Assembly (NCBI GenBank): GCA_023390655.1
Contig: JAEWCL010000020.1
Location: forward strand, 3,275 to 67,274
Direction of reading: 5' to 3'
DNA from: Bacillota bacterium
GTDB taxonomy: Bacteria > Bacillota > Clostridia > Christensenellales > CAG-138
Length of the DNA stretch: 64,000 nt
This document shows positions 44,368 to 52,779 of this stretch, piece after piece. Position 1 is the stretch's first letter, and each line of letters starts with the position of its first letter. A model generated the notes under the pieces. It saw only the letters and a program-made list of their open reading frames with translations, was not told the origin of the DNA and ran no database searches. A program made the translations under genes and the position numbers.

Positions 44368-45195
44368 CTATTCCCTTGATACAGGCACCTGTATCCGGCA
44401 AAAATCCGCGTTAACCGCTGGGGTGTGAAATGTTGTGTCCAAGATGCATTCATCCAGTATGGGGCCGGTTACCGTATACTGGTTGTCCCTGATCCAACAA
44501 AGTAGGTCGCGTAAAATCTGTGTGGAATACGGCATGGCGTATTTATAAAGGCAGATATAATCCCCACCCTTTAAAAACACCGTGTTCTCGGATTTAAACG
44601 CATCCTCTTCCGGGATAAACATAAAGATGCCGGCGTCATGGAGCATACGCTCCGCCTCTTCATCATAACTGCGGATAAACGTGCCAAAGCCCGCAGCGGG
44701 GAGCAGGTTATGGCTGTTCAGGATATTCCACGCCTGCATCATCGTCAGGTGCAGCCTGGGCCGGTCTACTGTGCCTCCAAACGGCACAAATACCGCGTGG
44801 CGGTCCGGAAATCTCTGCAAGAAGGGCTTGTTTGTTTCATCCCGGTAGGTCTCGGCGTTTTCATAATTGGTCAGGCGGCGCTCGATGTACTTTTTTTGTT
44901 TGGTCAGCGCGCGGATTTGCGCATCGATTTGCACATGGTGGTATTTGAGAAGCTCCGTGGTGGACGGCAGGTTCCGGTCCTTAAGGTTTGCTTTGATACG
45001 TTCAAGGTCCACGCCGATGGATTTTAAAAAGCAGATTTCCCGCAGATATGGAATTTGGTATACGCTGTAGTACCGGTAGCCGTTCTCATCAATATGGTGC
45101 GGCTTAAACAAACCGATCTTGTCATAGTAGATCAGTGTTTGCCTGCTGATATTATGGATGCTTGCCATTACGCTGATTTGCAGATATTCATTCAT
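44368..45195 (-). CDS. MerR-family transcriptional regulator with a C-terminal GyrI-like effector-binding domain (BmrR-like architecture)
   Basis: N-terminal HTH: ISVMASIHNISRQTLIYYDKIGLFKPHHIDENGYRYYSVYQI. Coiled-coil segment, then a C-terminal about 150-aa ligand-binding-type domain. Start moved to ATG 45195. Confidence 0.82.
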   Translation of the reverse strand: MNEYLQISVMASIHNISRQTLIYYDKIGLFKPHHIDENGYRYYSVYQIPYLREICFLKSIGVDLERIKANLKDRNLPSTTELLKYHHVQIDAQIRALTKQKKYIERRLTNYENAETYRDETNKPFLQRFPDRHAVFVPFGGTVDRPRLHLTMMQAWNILNSHNLLPAAGFGTFIRSYDEEAERMLHDAGIFMFIPEEDAFKSENTVFLKGGDYICLYKYAMPYSTQILRDLLCWIRDNQYTVTGPILDECILDTTFHTPAVNADFCRIQVPVSRE

Positions 45196-45365
45196 AGCAA
45201 TTCCGGCTTTCCTGTGATGGTAAGAACGGCGGATGATAGATTGTTCAGTATCGTAACACAGGGCCTGATAAAATTCAACTGCGGGTATTGCAAAAAAAGA
45301 CAAGTATCGCGAAAAGGCAATGCAGAGGATTGTTAGAATGGCATGGAAACGGTAGTTCGGATATC

Positions 45366-45397
45366 AAAAAGCGGCGGAACGAGTTCCGCCGCTTTTT
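45366..45397. terminator. Bidirectional terminator after cysS
   Basis: AAAAAGCGGCGGAA-CGAG-TTCCGCCGCTTTTT. Confidence 0.85.
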
Positions 45398-45403
45398 GTA
45401 AAC

Positions 45404-46792
45404 TTAAAGTTTTTTCAGCTTGGGGCCTTGCTTGGTATCCTCCACCGCATAGCCCATGGCCTTTAAGGTATCGCGGATTGCGTCCGAGCGCGCCCAGTCC
45501 TTGGCGGCGCGGGCGGCCTGGCGCTGCTCAAGTAGCGTAAGCGTTTCTTCCGGGAATTCTTCTTCTTTCTTCTGTGTCAGGAGCCCCAGCACGCCGGTAA
45601 GCTCGATCAACTGCTTTCTTGCCGTTTCCACCGCGTCCTTGCCGCGGGGTTCCGTCACAAACGTGTTGCAGGCGCGTACCATCTCAAAGAGTACGCCAAG
45701 CGCGTCGGCGGTGTTGAGATCGTCGTCCATCGCGGCGCAGAATGCGTCCTTATAGCCCGCAAGCTCTTTGAGGAAGGCCGCGTCTTCAGCGGTTTCCGGG
45801 CCAAACTGCGCCTCTTCAAGCCGTTCCTTTGCGGTCCTTAGGCGCGTGAGCGCCGCGGTCGCCTGCTCGATCAATTCACGGGAGAAGTTGACGGGCGTGC
45901 GGTACTGGGCGCTGAGCATAAACAGGCGCACCGCCTCCAGGTCAAACTCTTGAGAAATATCGCGCACGGTAAAGAAGTTGTTGAGGCTCTTGGACATCTT
46001 CTGGTTGTTGACGTTGATGTAGCCGTTGTGCATCCAGAAGTTTGCAAAGGGCTTGCCCGTTGCGGCCTCGCTCTGTGCGATCTCGTTTTCGTGGTGCGGG
46101 AACACAAGATCCTGCCCGCCGCCATGGATATCAAACGTCTCGCCGAGGATGGTCATGCTCATGGCGGAGCACTCAATATGCCAGCCGGGGCGGCCCATAC
46201 CCCACGGGCTTTCCCACGCGGGCTCATTCGGCTTCTGCGCTTTCCAGAGCGCAAAATCCAAAGGATCGCGCTTCTGCTCGGTGGGGTCGATGCGCGCGCC
46301 GCTTTCAAGATCGTCGACGCTCTGGCCGGAAAGCTTGCCGTATTCCGGGTAGCTGCGGACGCTGAAGTAAACGTCGCCCTCTTCGGTTGCGTAGGCGTGA
46401 CCCTTTTTGATAAGCGTTTCCACCAGTTTGATGATTTCCGCAATGTGCTCGGTCGCGCGGGGGTTGACGTCCGCCCGACCAATACCAAGCGCGTCCGCGT
46501 CCTGATAATATTCCTTGATGAACCGTTCGGCCAGTTCCTTGACGGTGATGCCCTCCTCGTTGGCGCGGCGGATCATTTTATCATCGATATCCGTAAAGTT
46601 TTGTACAAACGTCACCTGATAGCCGCTGTACTTTAAATACCTGCGCAGCGTATCGAATACGATAAACGGGCGCGCGTTGCCGATGTGGAAAAAGTTATAC
46701 ACCGTAGGCCCGCATGCATACATGCTGATGCGCCCGGGGATTACCGGCACAAGCTCTTCTTTTTTACGGGTCATGGTGTTGTAAATCTGCAT
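45404..46792 (-). CDS. cysS: Cysteinyl-tRNA synthetase
   Basis: [20 protein letters not shown] (HIGH motif), KMSKSLNNF (KMSKS motif) and Zn-ligand context [19 protein letters not shown]. Confidence 0.93.
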   Translation of the reverse strand: MQIYNTMTRKKEELVPVIPGRISMYACGPTVYNFFHIGNARPFIVFDTLRRYLKYSGYQVTFVQNFTDIDDKMIRRANEEGITVKELAERFIKEYYQDADALGIGRADVNPRATEHIAEIIKLVETLIKKGHAYATEEGDVYFSVRSYPEYGKLSGQSVDDLESGARIDPTEQKRDPLDFALWKAQKPNEPAWESPWGMGRPGWHIECSAMSMTILGETFDIHGGGQDLVFPHHENEIAQSEAATGKPFANFWMHNGYINVNNQKMSKSLNNFFTVRDISQEFDLEAVRLFMLSAQYRTPVNFSRELIEQATAALTRLRTAKERLEEAQFGPETAEDAAFLKELAGYKDAFCAAMDDDLNTADALGVLFEMVRACNTFVTEPRGKDAVETARKQLIELTGVLGLLTQKKEEEFPEETLTLLEQRQAARAAKDWARSDAIRDTLKAMGYAVEDTKQGPKLKKL

Positions 46793-46917
46793 GATTGCCT
46801 CCTTCTAAACCGCCCGCGTCTATGCGGGTGCGATACGCAAAAAAGACACTGCCCCTCCACCCCAGGGCGCACACCCTGTCTGGAGCGGCCTTGCCTCTCA
46901 TTTCCAACTTACTTCCT

Positions 46918-46947
46918 ATAGTAGAGTATGGCGCGCGCGCTTGTCAA
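46918..46947 (-). promoter_or_regulatory. Sigma-A promoter of cysS
   Basis: Minus strand: TTGACA (46947-46942), 18-bp spacer, TACTAT (46923-46918). Confidence 0.55.
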
Positions 46948-46959
46948 GTGCGGCAAGGG

Positions 46960-47904
46960 TTACGGCATGCGCCGGATGTTTTCATCCGTAAACCCCCAGC
47001 TCATGATCTGAATCTTTCCCCAAAGCTCGTTCAAGAACATCCATGGCTGGTCCGTATACGGCGGACGGAGGATGTGGACCTGCTGTGCGGGCATATTGCT
47101 TTGCGCGAGCAGTAAGGCCTTTTCTCCAAGCCCGTTTTCGCACACATCGATCACAATAATGCAGTGCCCCGGGCTGCCGGAATAAATCAGAATATCGCCC
47201 GGCTGTATATCCTGCCGGGGAATGACGGTACTTTCCGGATACAGCGAGCGGGTGCTGGCGTAGTTGAAGAGCTTCTGCATATAGGCGTAGAATGCTTCAT
47301 AGCTTTCATCCGGCTGCGCCTTCTTTACCATGCGCGTGGTGTTGCCGTCTACTTCCAGCCGGTAGCCTTCCCGCCACTTGCTGTACGGGAATTCATCCCC
47401 GTTGGTCAGGTGGTAATTGATCTTTTCATACTCCCCGATGGAATAGAGATATTCGCACCGCAAACGCAGTGCCGCATCCGCGCACTGCTGCAAATCCCTG
47501 TCTCCAACGCTTAAAGAAAGCACTGCCGCGTGCCAGCCTTGAATGAAGGCTTTCTCGCCATTGTACAATAGAACCGGGCTGCCGTCGGGCAGTAACTTCT
47601 GATCGCGCAGGAATTCCCCGTAGCCATCGGCCTGCTTGCGTTCATACCCCTGCGGCGGACGGAACCGCGTGCGTATCGTATCCCCCTCGGCATCGAGAAC
47701 GGTGTACGGGGTGGAGGTGGGCGTTGCGGGAACGGGGGAAGGAGAAGGCGATGCTTCTTCCGTGGGTGCGCCTGACGTGGAACTGGGGGGCGTGCTGTTT
47801 GGCATGCAGCCGGATAATAACACAAAAAAGAGCGCGGCAGATACCAATGCGTAGTTGCCGCGCCGATATAAGGCGGTATTTGCTTTTTCAGTGTGCTTGC
47901 ACAT
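46960..47904 (-). CDS. Putative lipoprotein of unknown function (possibly DUF4846-like)
   Basis: Signal sequence and lipobox LLSGCMP. Ser/Pro/Thr-rich linker. Globular C-terminal domain. The family assignment is from memory only. Confidence 0.55.
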   Translation of the reverse strand: MCKHTEKANTALYRRGNYALVSAALFFVLLSGCMPNSTPPSSTSGAPTEEASPSPSPVPATPTSTPYTVLDAEGDTIRTRFRPPQGYERKQADGYGEFLRDQKLLPDGSPVLLYNGEKAFIQGWHAAVLSLSVGDRDLQQCADAALRLRCEYLYSIGEYEKINYHLTNGDEFPYSKWREGYRLEVDGNTTRMVKKAQPDESYEAFYAYMQKLFNYASTRSLYPESTVIPRQDIQPGDILIYSGSPGHCIIVIDVCENGLGEKALLLAQSNMPAQQVHILRPPYTDQPWMFLNELWGKIQIMSWGFTDENIRRMP

Positions 47905-47987
47905 TGCTCGTTAAGCCTGTCCCCCGTGAAATGCAGGTGTATTTGCTAATCATCATATCACGGGGAAGGATGAATAAACTGGAAATT

Positions 47988-48629
47988 TTATGTGGGCTGT
48001 ATCCGGCGTACAGGGTGCCGCAGCACGGTCATCAGATTCTCCGGCCTGGTCTTCAATGGATCCTTCAAGTAAATTTCATGATGACGGCGCGTTTCATTGG
48101 TATCATCCAAATAGCCGTTTTCCTCCATGAAGCGCTGCATGCGTGAAAGCGTCCCCGGCTCTTCATCGTAGGGGCCGATATGCATGCACTGCACGCACAG
48201 CCCTTCTTCAAATGGCACGAGTCTTGCTTTTGCGGTATCGATGCCCTTTTTGCGCGCCACCTCCCCGCATGCCCAGCGGAAAATTTCCTGCGTAATAAAC
48301 TCCGGCTGCCGCAGCATGGAACAGAAGCAAAGCTTGTCTTTCTTGAGAACATCGTATGTTCCGCCGTCGGAGAACCACCACAACCCTTCTAGCGGCGGTA
48401 CGGTATATGCAAAATACCCGTCCACCTCGCTTCCGGCCTTGCTCATTTTAATGGTATAGGCAAGCGAATACAGCAGCCCCACGCTTTTTTCATATTCCCC
48501 GCCCGGCGTGTTCGGGTTGCCGCAGCCTTCCACCATCAAAAACTGCATGGGCGGCACCTCAATTGCTGCAGGCTCCGCCTTGGGTAAATACAAATCTTTG
48601 TACGCCTTTTTGTAATCCAGTTTTTCCAT
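47988..48629 (-). CDS. GyrI-like small-molecule-binding domain protein (213 aa)
   Basis: MEKLDYKKAYKDLYLPKAEPAAIEVPPMQFLMVEGCGNPN ... VPPLEGLWW. Start moved to ATG 48629, behind AAGGAGG. Confidence 0.78.
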   Translation of the reverse strand: MEKLDYKKAYKDLYLPKAEPAAIEVPPMQFLMVEGCGNPNTPGGEYEKSVGLLYSLAYTIKMSKAGSEVDGYFAYTVPPLEGLWWFSDGGTYDVLKKDKLCFCSMLRQPEFITQEIFRWACGEVARKKGIDTAKARLVPFEEGLCVQCMHIGPYDEEPGTLSRMQRFMEENGYLDDTNETRRHHEIYLKDPLKTRPENLMTVLRHPVRRIQPT

Positions 48630-48640
48630 CCCTGCCTCCT

Positions 48641-49096
48641 TTAGCGCAATGCAATATAGATATGGATTTCGCGCGGTTCCCCCTCGGGTGCGGGAAAATA
48701 CTCTTCGAAATCGCCCGTATAGGCCCGGTCGAGCGGCATGTTCCAGATTTCTCCCCATAGCTTGCCCACGGTATCCACATCATCCCCAATGGCGGTGAAT
48801 TGCGCATAGCGCCCTGCCGGGATCATGGCCGCAACCATGTCCTGCGGCAGGAGTGAAGCTTCCCCCACCTCGCAGCCGACGGTGACGTCATACTCCGTGC
48901 CGTCCGGGGAATAGCCGGAGTACAGGCCGATGGAATGGTCGTTTGTTTTTCCGGGGATGCGCGAAAACATGCCCCCCGAGAATAACGTCTGCCACAGTCC
49001 GCCGATGATGTGCTGCATCTGCGGGTCCAGATTGGAGGTTCTTGCCTGAACGCCGAAGATGGTCTTCCTTTGCAATGTTACGATTTCATACTGCAT
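48641..49096 (-). CDS. GyrI-like / AraC-effector-binding-domain protein (151 aa)
   Basis: MQYEIVTLQRKTIFGVQARTSN ... IPAGRYAQFTAIGD ... GDFEEY. Start moved to ATG 49096, behind AAGAGG. Confidence 0.72.
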   Translation of the reverse strand: MQYEIVTLQRKTIFGVQARTSNLDPQMQHIIGGLWQTLFSGGMFSRIPGKTNDHSIGLYSGYSPDGTEYDVTVGCEVGEASLLPQDMVAAMIPAGRYAQFTAIGDDVDTVGKLWGEIWNMPLDRAYTGDFEEYFPAPEGEPREIHIYIALR

Positions 49097-49163
49097 ACCG
49101 GTATGCCTCTTTTCATCATATTTGGTATGCAAATCATAGCATGGGAATGTGGACAACAGCGTG

Positions 49164-50069
49164 TCATATTTGATACAGGCTGAGTGCATTTTTTAGCGCC
49201 GCAATCACTTCTTCCCGGATGTTCTCGGGGGAGAGCACCTCAAGATGCGCGCCGTAGGTCATCAGATATTCACTCAGCCACGCGTTGTGCGGCATGGAGA
49301 AGCGGACAAGGAAGCTGCCGTCTTCAAGCTGCTCGCACTGTTCGGGCGGGAATTCTTCCCGCACCCGGTATTCCATGCTCTTTGCAACGCGCGCCGTCAC
49401 CTCCACCATAGGGGCGGCGTAGTTGGCTGTGTTTGCCTCCAGGTCTGGAAGGGGCCTTCTTGTGAATGCTTCGGGCAGCAGGCTGACATCGCGCATGCGC
49501 AGCAGCTTGAAAAAGCGGAACTCCTCCCTTTTCCGGCAAAATGCTAAGAGGTACCAATCCCGCCCGCGGAAGATAAGCTTCATGGGTTCCACACTGCGCA
49601 TGGTCGCATCTCCGCGCATGCCGCTGTAATGAAAGCGGATGACGCGCTGCGTGAATATGGCGTTTTTGAGCTGGGAAAAGAGCGCGCTGACTTCCGTTTG
49701 GCCGCCCCACAGGGAAAAGTCCACTTCGATCCAGTCAAGCCCGTCTAAGCCAAACAGCGCCGAAAGCCTGTCGAGCACCGGCTTTGCAACCTCCGGCTGT
49801 ACGGCTTCCATGCCGCGCAAAGAGGAAAGCAGATTTTCCTGTTCCTCCGTATTGAGATAAGAGCGGTTGAACACAAAATTTTCCGTCAGGCGGATACCGC
49901 CGGATTGTCCCTTGATGGCGAATATGGGGATGCCCGCCTGTGCGAGCGTCTCCACATCCCGGTAAATGGTACGCTGTGAAACCTCAAAATGCGCGGCAAG
50001 CTCTTTTGCCGTCATGCTTTTGCGGTTGAGCAGCAGGTAGACAATTTCAAACAAGCGGTTGATTTGCAT
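49164..50069 (-). CDS. YafY-family transcriptional regulator (HTH plus WYL domain)
   Basis: MTAKELAAHFEVSQRTIYRDVETLAQAGIPIFAIKGQSGGIRL. The central segment RFHYSG...PMKLIFRGRDWYLLAFC contains the WYL motif. Confidence 0.85.
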   Translation of the reverse strand: MQINRLFEIVYLLLNRKSMTAKELAAHFEVSQRTIYRDVETLAQAGIPIFAIKGQSGGIRLTENFVFNRSYLNTEEQENLLSSLRGMEAVQPEVAKPVLDRLSALFGLDGLDWIEVDFSLWGGQTEVSALFSQLKNAIFTQRVIRFHYSGMRGDATMRSVEPMKLIFRGRDWYLLAFCRKREEFRFFKLLRMRDVSLLPEAFTRRPLPDLEANTANYAAPMVEVTARVAKSMEYRVREEFPPEQCEQLEDGSFLVRFSMPHNAWLSEYLMTYGAHLEVLSPENIREEVIAALKNALSLYQI

Positions 50070-50246
50070 GGCAGTTTCCCTCTTTCCCCCTGAGTATACT
50101 GTAAACCCGGGAAAATACCCAGAAAAAAGAAAAACTTTGCTGCAGTGATGCTTGCCGGCCGGGCGGGAATCATAGATAATAAGATATCACTCACATAAAC
50201 AACGTGTTTTGAGCCGCTGATATCTTTCATAAAGGAGGAAGACGGT

Positions 50247-51314
50247 ATGAGGCGGATGCTGCTTCCCTTGCTTTTTTGCATCACCATGCTTGCGCTTTAC
50301 CCTGCCCGGGCGCACGCCTGCACAAGCTTTGCCGTATACCGGGAGGACACACTTTATGGCATGGATTTTGACTACAGCGATGTCCCCATCCGGTATGTGA
50401 TCAGCCAGAATGGGGGTACAGCGGTATTCCATGTGGATTTTGAAGCGTATGGACGCTATGTACCGATTGCGGGCATGAACGAGCACGGGCTGTTTCTTGC
50501 CGTGCAAATGCTCTACCCGGAGGCGCTCAAAACGCCCGGCCAAGATGAGGAAGAGCTTCATGCATTTGCGCAGGAAGCGCTTTTCAATATGCGGAGCGTG
50601 GAGGAAGCGCTGCGCGCATTGGAACATAAGCGCGTGGTCAATTCCTTTTTGATGCTCCACTGCATGCTGGCGGACAAAAACGGCACGGCCATTGTGCTGG
50701 AGCCGGGGGACGGCGAAAACCGCATCACACAAAATCCGGGCGATTATCTGGTGATGACCAATTTCTTCAATGCGGATTTCTATCATCCGGACACACAGCG
50801 AATGGAGAATGTAGACTGTACGCGTTATCTTGCCGCGGAAAACTGCATTCTCCAAGGGGGAGACGCGTTTTCTGTAGCGGACGGCATGGAGACGCTAAAA
50901 AGCGCCATGCAAAAGGAGGGAGACTACCCTACGCAGAATTCCATTGTCTGTGACCCCGTAAACGGGGAACTCTATATTGCCATCCGCGGAGATTTTGAAA
51001 CAGTCTGGAAGGTATCCCTTAAAGAAAAGACGATAGAGAGCTTCCGGGGCATTGCAAAGCCGATCAAGCTGGAGCTGGGAGAGGAAGGCATCAGTGCGCA
51101 GACGCTTGTGGATTTAAAAAACGAGGCGAAGCTGGAGCCGCCGTCACAACAGGCTGCGGCAGCCAATCCGTCTCCACAGCCACCTGCAGATGCGCCTGCG
51201 CCCGACAAGACAGGGCTGGCGGGGGTTGATGCGCTATTGCTCTGCCTTGGTATTTTGTGCGTGGTGATTGCGTGGCGGCTCTTTAGAAAAAGGAAAGGGC
51301 GTCCCTTAGAATAA
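50247..51314 (+). CDS. Secreted, C-terminally membrane-tethered choloylglycine-hydrolase-family (linear amide C-N hydrolase, Ntn) enzyme
   Basis: The signal peptide ends ARAHA|CTSFAV, so cleavage would expose the nucleophile Cys. Pro/Ala-rich linker. C-terminal TM LLLCLGILCVVIAWRLF followed by RKRKG. RBS AAAGGAGGAA. Confidence 0.8.
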   Translation: MRRMLLPLLFCITMLALYPARAHACTSFAVYREDTLYGMDFDYSDVPIRYVISQNGGTAVFHVDFEAYGRYVPIAGMNEHGLFLAVQMLYPEALKTPGQDEEELHAFAQEALFNMRSVEEALRALEHKRVVNSFLMLHCMLADKNGTAIVLEPGDGENRITQNPGDYLVMTNFFNADFYHPDTQRMENVDCTRYLAAENCILQGGDAFSVADGMETLKSAMQKEGDYPTQNSIVCDPVNGELYIAIRGDFETVWKVSLKEKTIESFRGIAKPIKLELGEEGISAQTLVDLKNEAKLEPPSQQAAAANPSPQPPADAPAPDKTGLAGVDALLLCLGILCVVIAWRLFRKRKGRPLE

Positions 51315-52520
51315 GCGGGTTTTGCCGTCCATTTCCCACGGCGTAAGCCCCAGAAGATCTGCGGCGAGCGGGCAGATATCCACAACACAGCCGCCTGAAA
51401 GCGTACGTCCCGCCGCAATATTGGGGCCTGCCGCAAGGTAGAAGGGATGGTATCCCGTTTCGCGCAGAGCATAGCCGTGCTGCCCAAGATGGAACTTGCC
51501 AAAGCAATAGCCGTCCGCGGCTTCTACGCCAAAGGCGAACTCCTTCGAAAATCCGCCAATGTCCATTTCCTCTTTTGTCAGCAGCCGGGAAACATAGGGT
51601 TCTTGTTGCAGGGAAGCGAGCGCTTTTCGTACCGCTTCCTGCTTTTCGTTTTGGTACATCTTCAAAAATGCCGTGCCGCCCGCATTATGAAAGAACGCAT
51701 CGAAATCCTCCGGCGATTTGGCCGGTTCCCGGATGAGGCCATGCCGCTTTAAGGTGCCGTTGGGGTCGATTGCTGTGTGTACGGGCAGGCAGCCGTGGTC
51801 GCTGAATATGATTAGCGCATAGTCCTCCGGCCGGAATAGGCTTTGAAGCGCCGCCGAAAGCTTTACCAAACGTTCGTCATGGCGGGCGACCGCTTCCTTT
51901 GCCTCCTTGCTGCCGGGGCCATAGTCATGCTTGTTGACGTCCACATCCAGCAGGTGCAGCAGCAGCAGATTGGGCTTTTTGCGGCGCAGCATATCGATGG
52001 CGCAGGCCGTGGTCAAATCGTCAAGGCCAGCGACGCCGCTGCGCTTTTTGTATTTGAGGTTTCTTAGCACGCAACCGATTAAATACCCCCAATTTGCCCC
52101 AAGGATACGTTTTGCGCGCTTTACAAGCGGCATATGCCCGGGAATTTCCGGCACATTGACGCACATGTCCGCCCCTTCCGTGACGGGATAGAGGATGGAG
52201 CAAACGGTTTTCCCTGCCGCCGCCGCCTTTTGGTAGAGTGTGGGCGCGCGAAGGAGAGCTGCCTGCGTGTTCCAGTCAGGGTGCTCTTTTCCCGGCTGTG
52301 TCTTCAGATTCTCGATAAGGCCGTGCTTGTGCGGATGTACGCCCGTGATGATGGAGCTGTGGATGGGGTAGGTGTTTGTGATAAACGTAGGGGAGACGTG
52401 CTCCACAAGCGTTCCGCGGTTAACCAGCGCGCGGAAGCCCGGCAGCGTTTTTAAATACGCGACGTCCGCATTGTCCACCGCGTCCAAAGAGACCATGATA
52501 AGATGTTTGACCTGCTGCAT
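51306..52520 (-). CDS. Alkaline-phosphatase-superfamily nucleotide pyrophosphatase/phosphodiesterase
   Basis: MVSLDAVDNAD and FITNTYPIHSSIITGVHPHKHG (nucleophile Thr context), IIFSDHG. Start moved to ATG 52520, behind GAGGGGA. Confidence 0.8.
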   Translation of the reverse strand: MQQVKHLIMVSLDAVDNADVAYLKTLPGFRALVNRGTLVEHVSPTFITNTYPIHSSIITGVHPHKHGLIENLKTQPGKEHPDWNTQAALLRAPTLYQKAAAAGKTVCSILYPVTEGADMCVNVPEIPGHMPLVKRAKRILGANWGYLIGCVLRNLKYKKRSGVAGLDDLTTACAIDMLRRKKPNLLLLHLLDVDVNKHDYGPGSKEAKEAVARHDERLVKLSAALQSLFRPEDYALIIFSDHGCLPVHTAIDPNGTLKRHGLIREPAKSPEDFDAFFHNAGGTAFLKMYQNEKQEAVRKALASLQQEPYVSRLLTKEEMDIGGFSKEFAFGVEAADGYCFGKFHLGQHGYALRETGYHPFYLAAGPNIAAGRTLSGGCVVDICPLAADLLGLTPWEMDGKTRLF

Positions 52521-52671
52521 TGCGCTGTTCCCCTCTGCTGGAATGTGTGGAATACGTTGTATACGGTCTACGCCCATTATATGAAAATACGCTGCTGCAA
52601 GCAAATTATGTTTCTACTGTGATGCACGAATATGAAGTGATAAAAATGTTTAAATTCCGCGAAAAACATCA

Positions 52672-52700
52672 TTGAAAGGGTGCTCAACGCGCTGTATGAT
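52672..52700 (+). promoter_or_regulatory. Sigma-A promoter of the GLUG surface-protein gene
   Basis: TTGAAA (52672-52677), 17-bp spacer, TATGAT (52695-52700). Confidence 0.55.
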
Positions 52701-52779
52701 GAATTGTACAGACTTGTATATACTTCCAGATCTCAACCAGAACCTCAAATAAATACGTTAGGAAAGAAAGGGATATAGG

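Noticed and set aside
46793-46959. A T-box leader upstream of cysS
   Set aside because: The leader is only about 125 nt. It has one interrupted hairpin (CTCCAGACAGGG...CCCTGGGGTGGAG) and a T-run 12 nt further on. No T-box consensus (AANNNGGGTGGNACCGCG) or specifier-loop architecture was seen.
50187-50855. 222-aa ORF on the - strand
   Set aside because: It is antisense to the secreted Ntn-hydrolase gene, which has an RBS, a signal peptide and family motifs.
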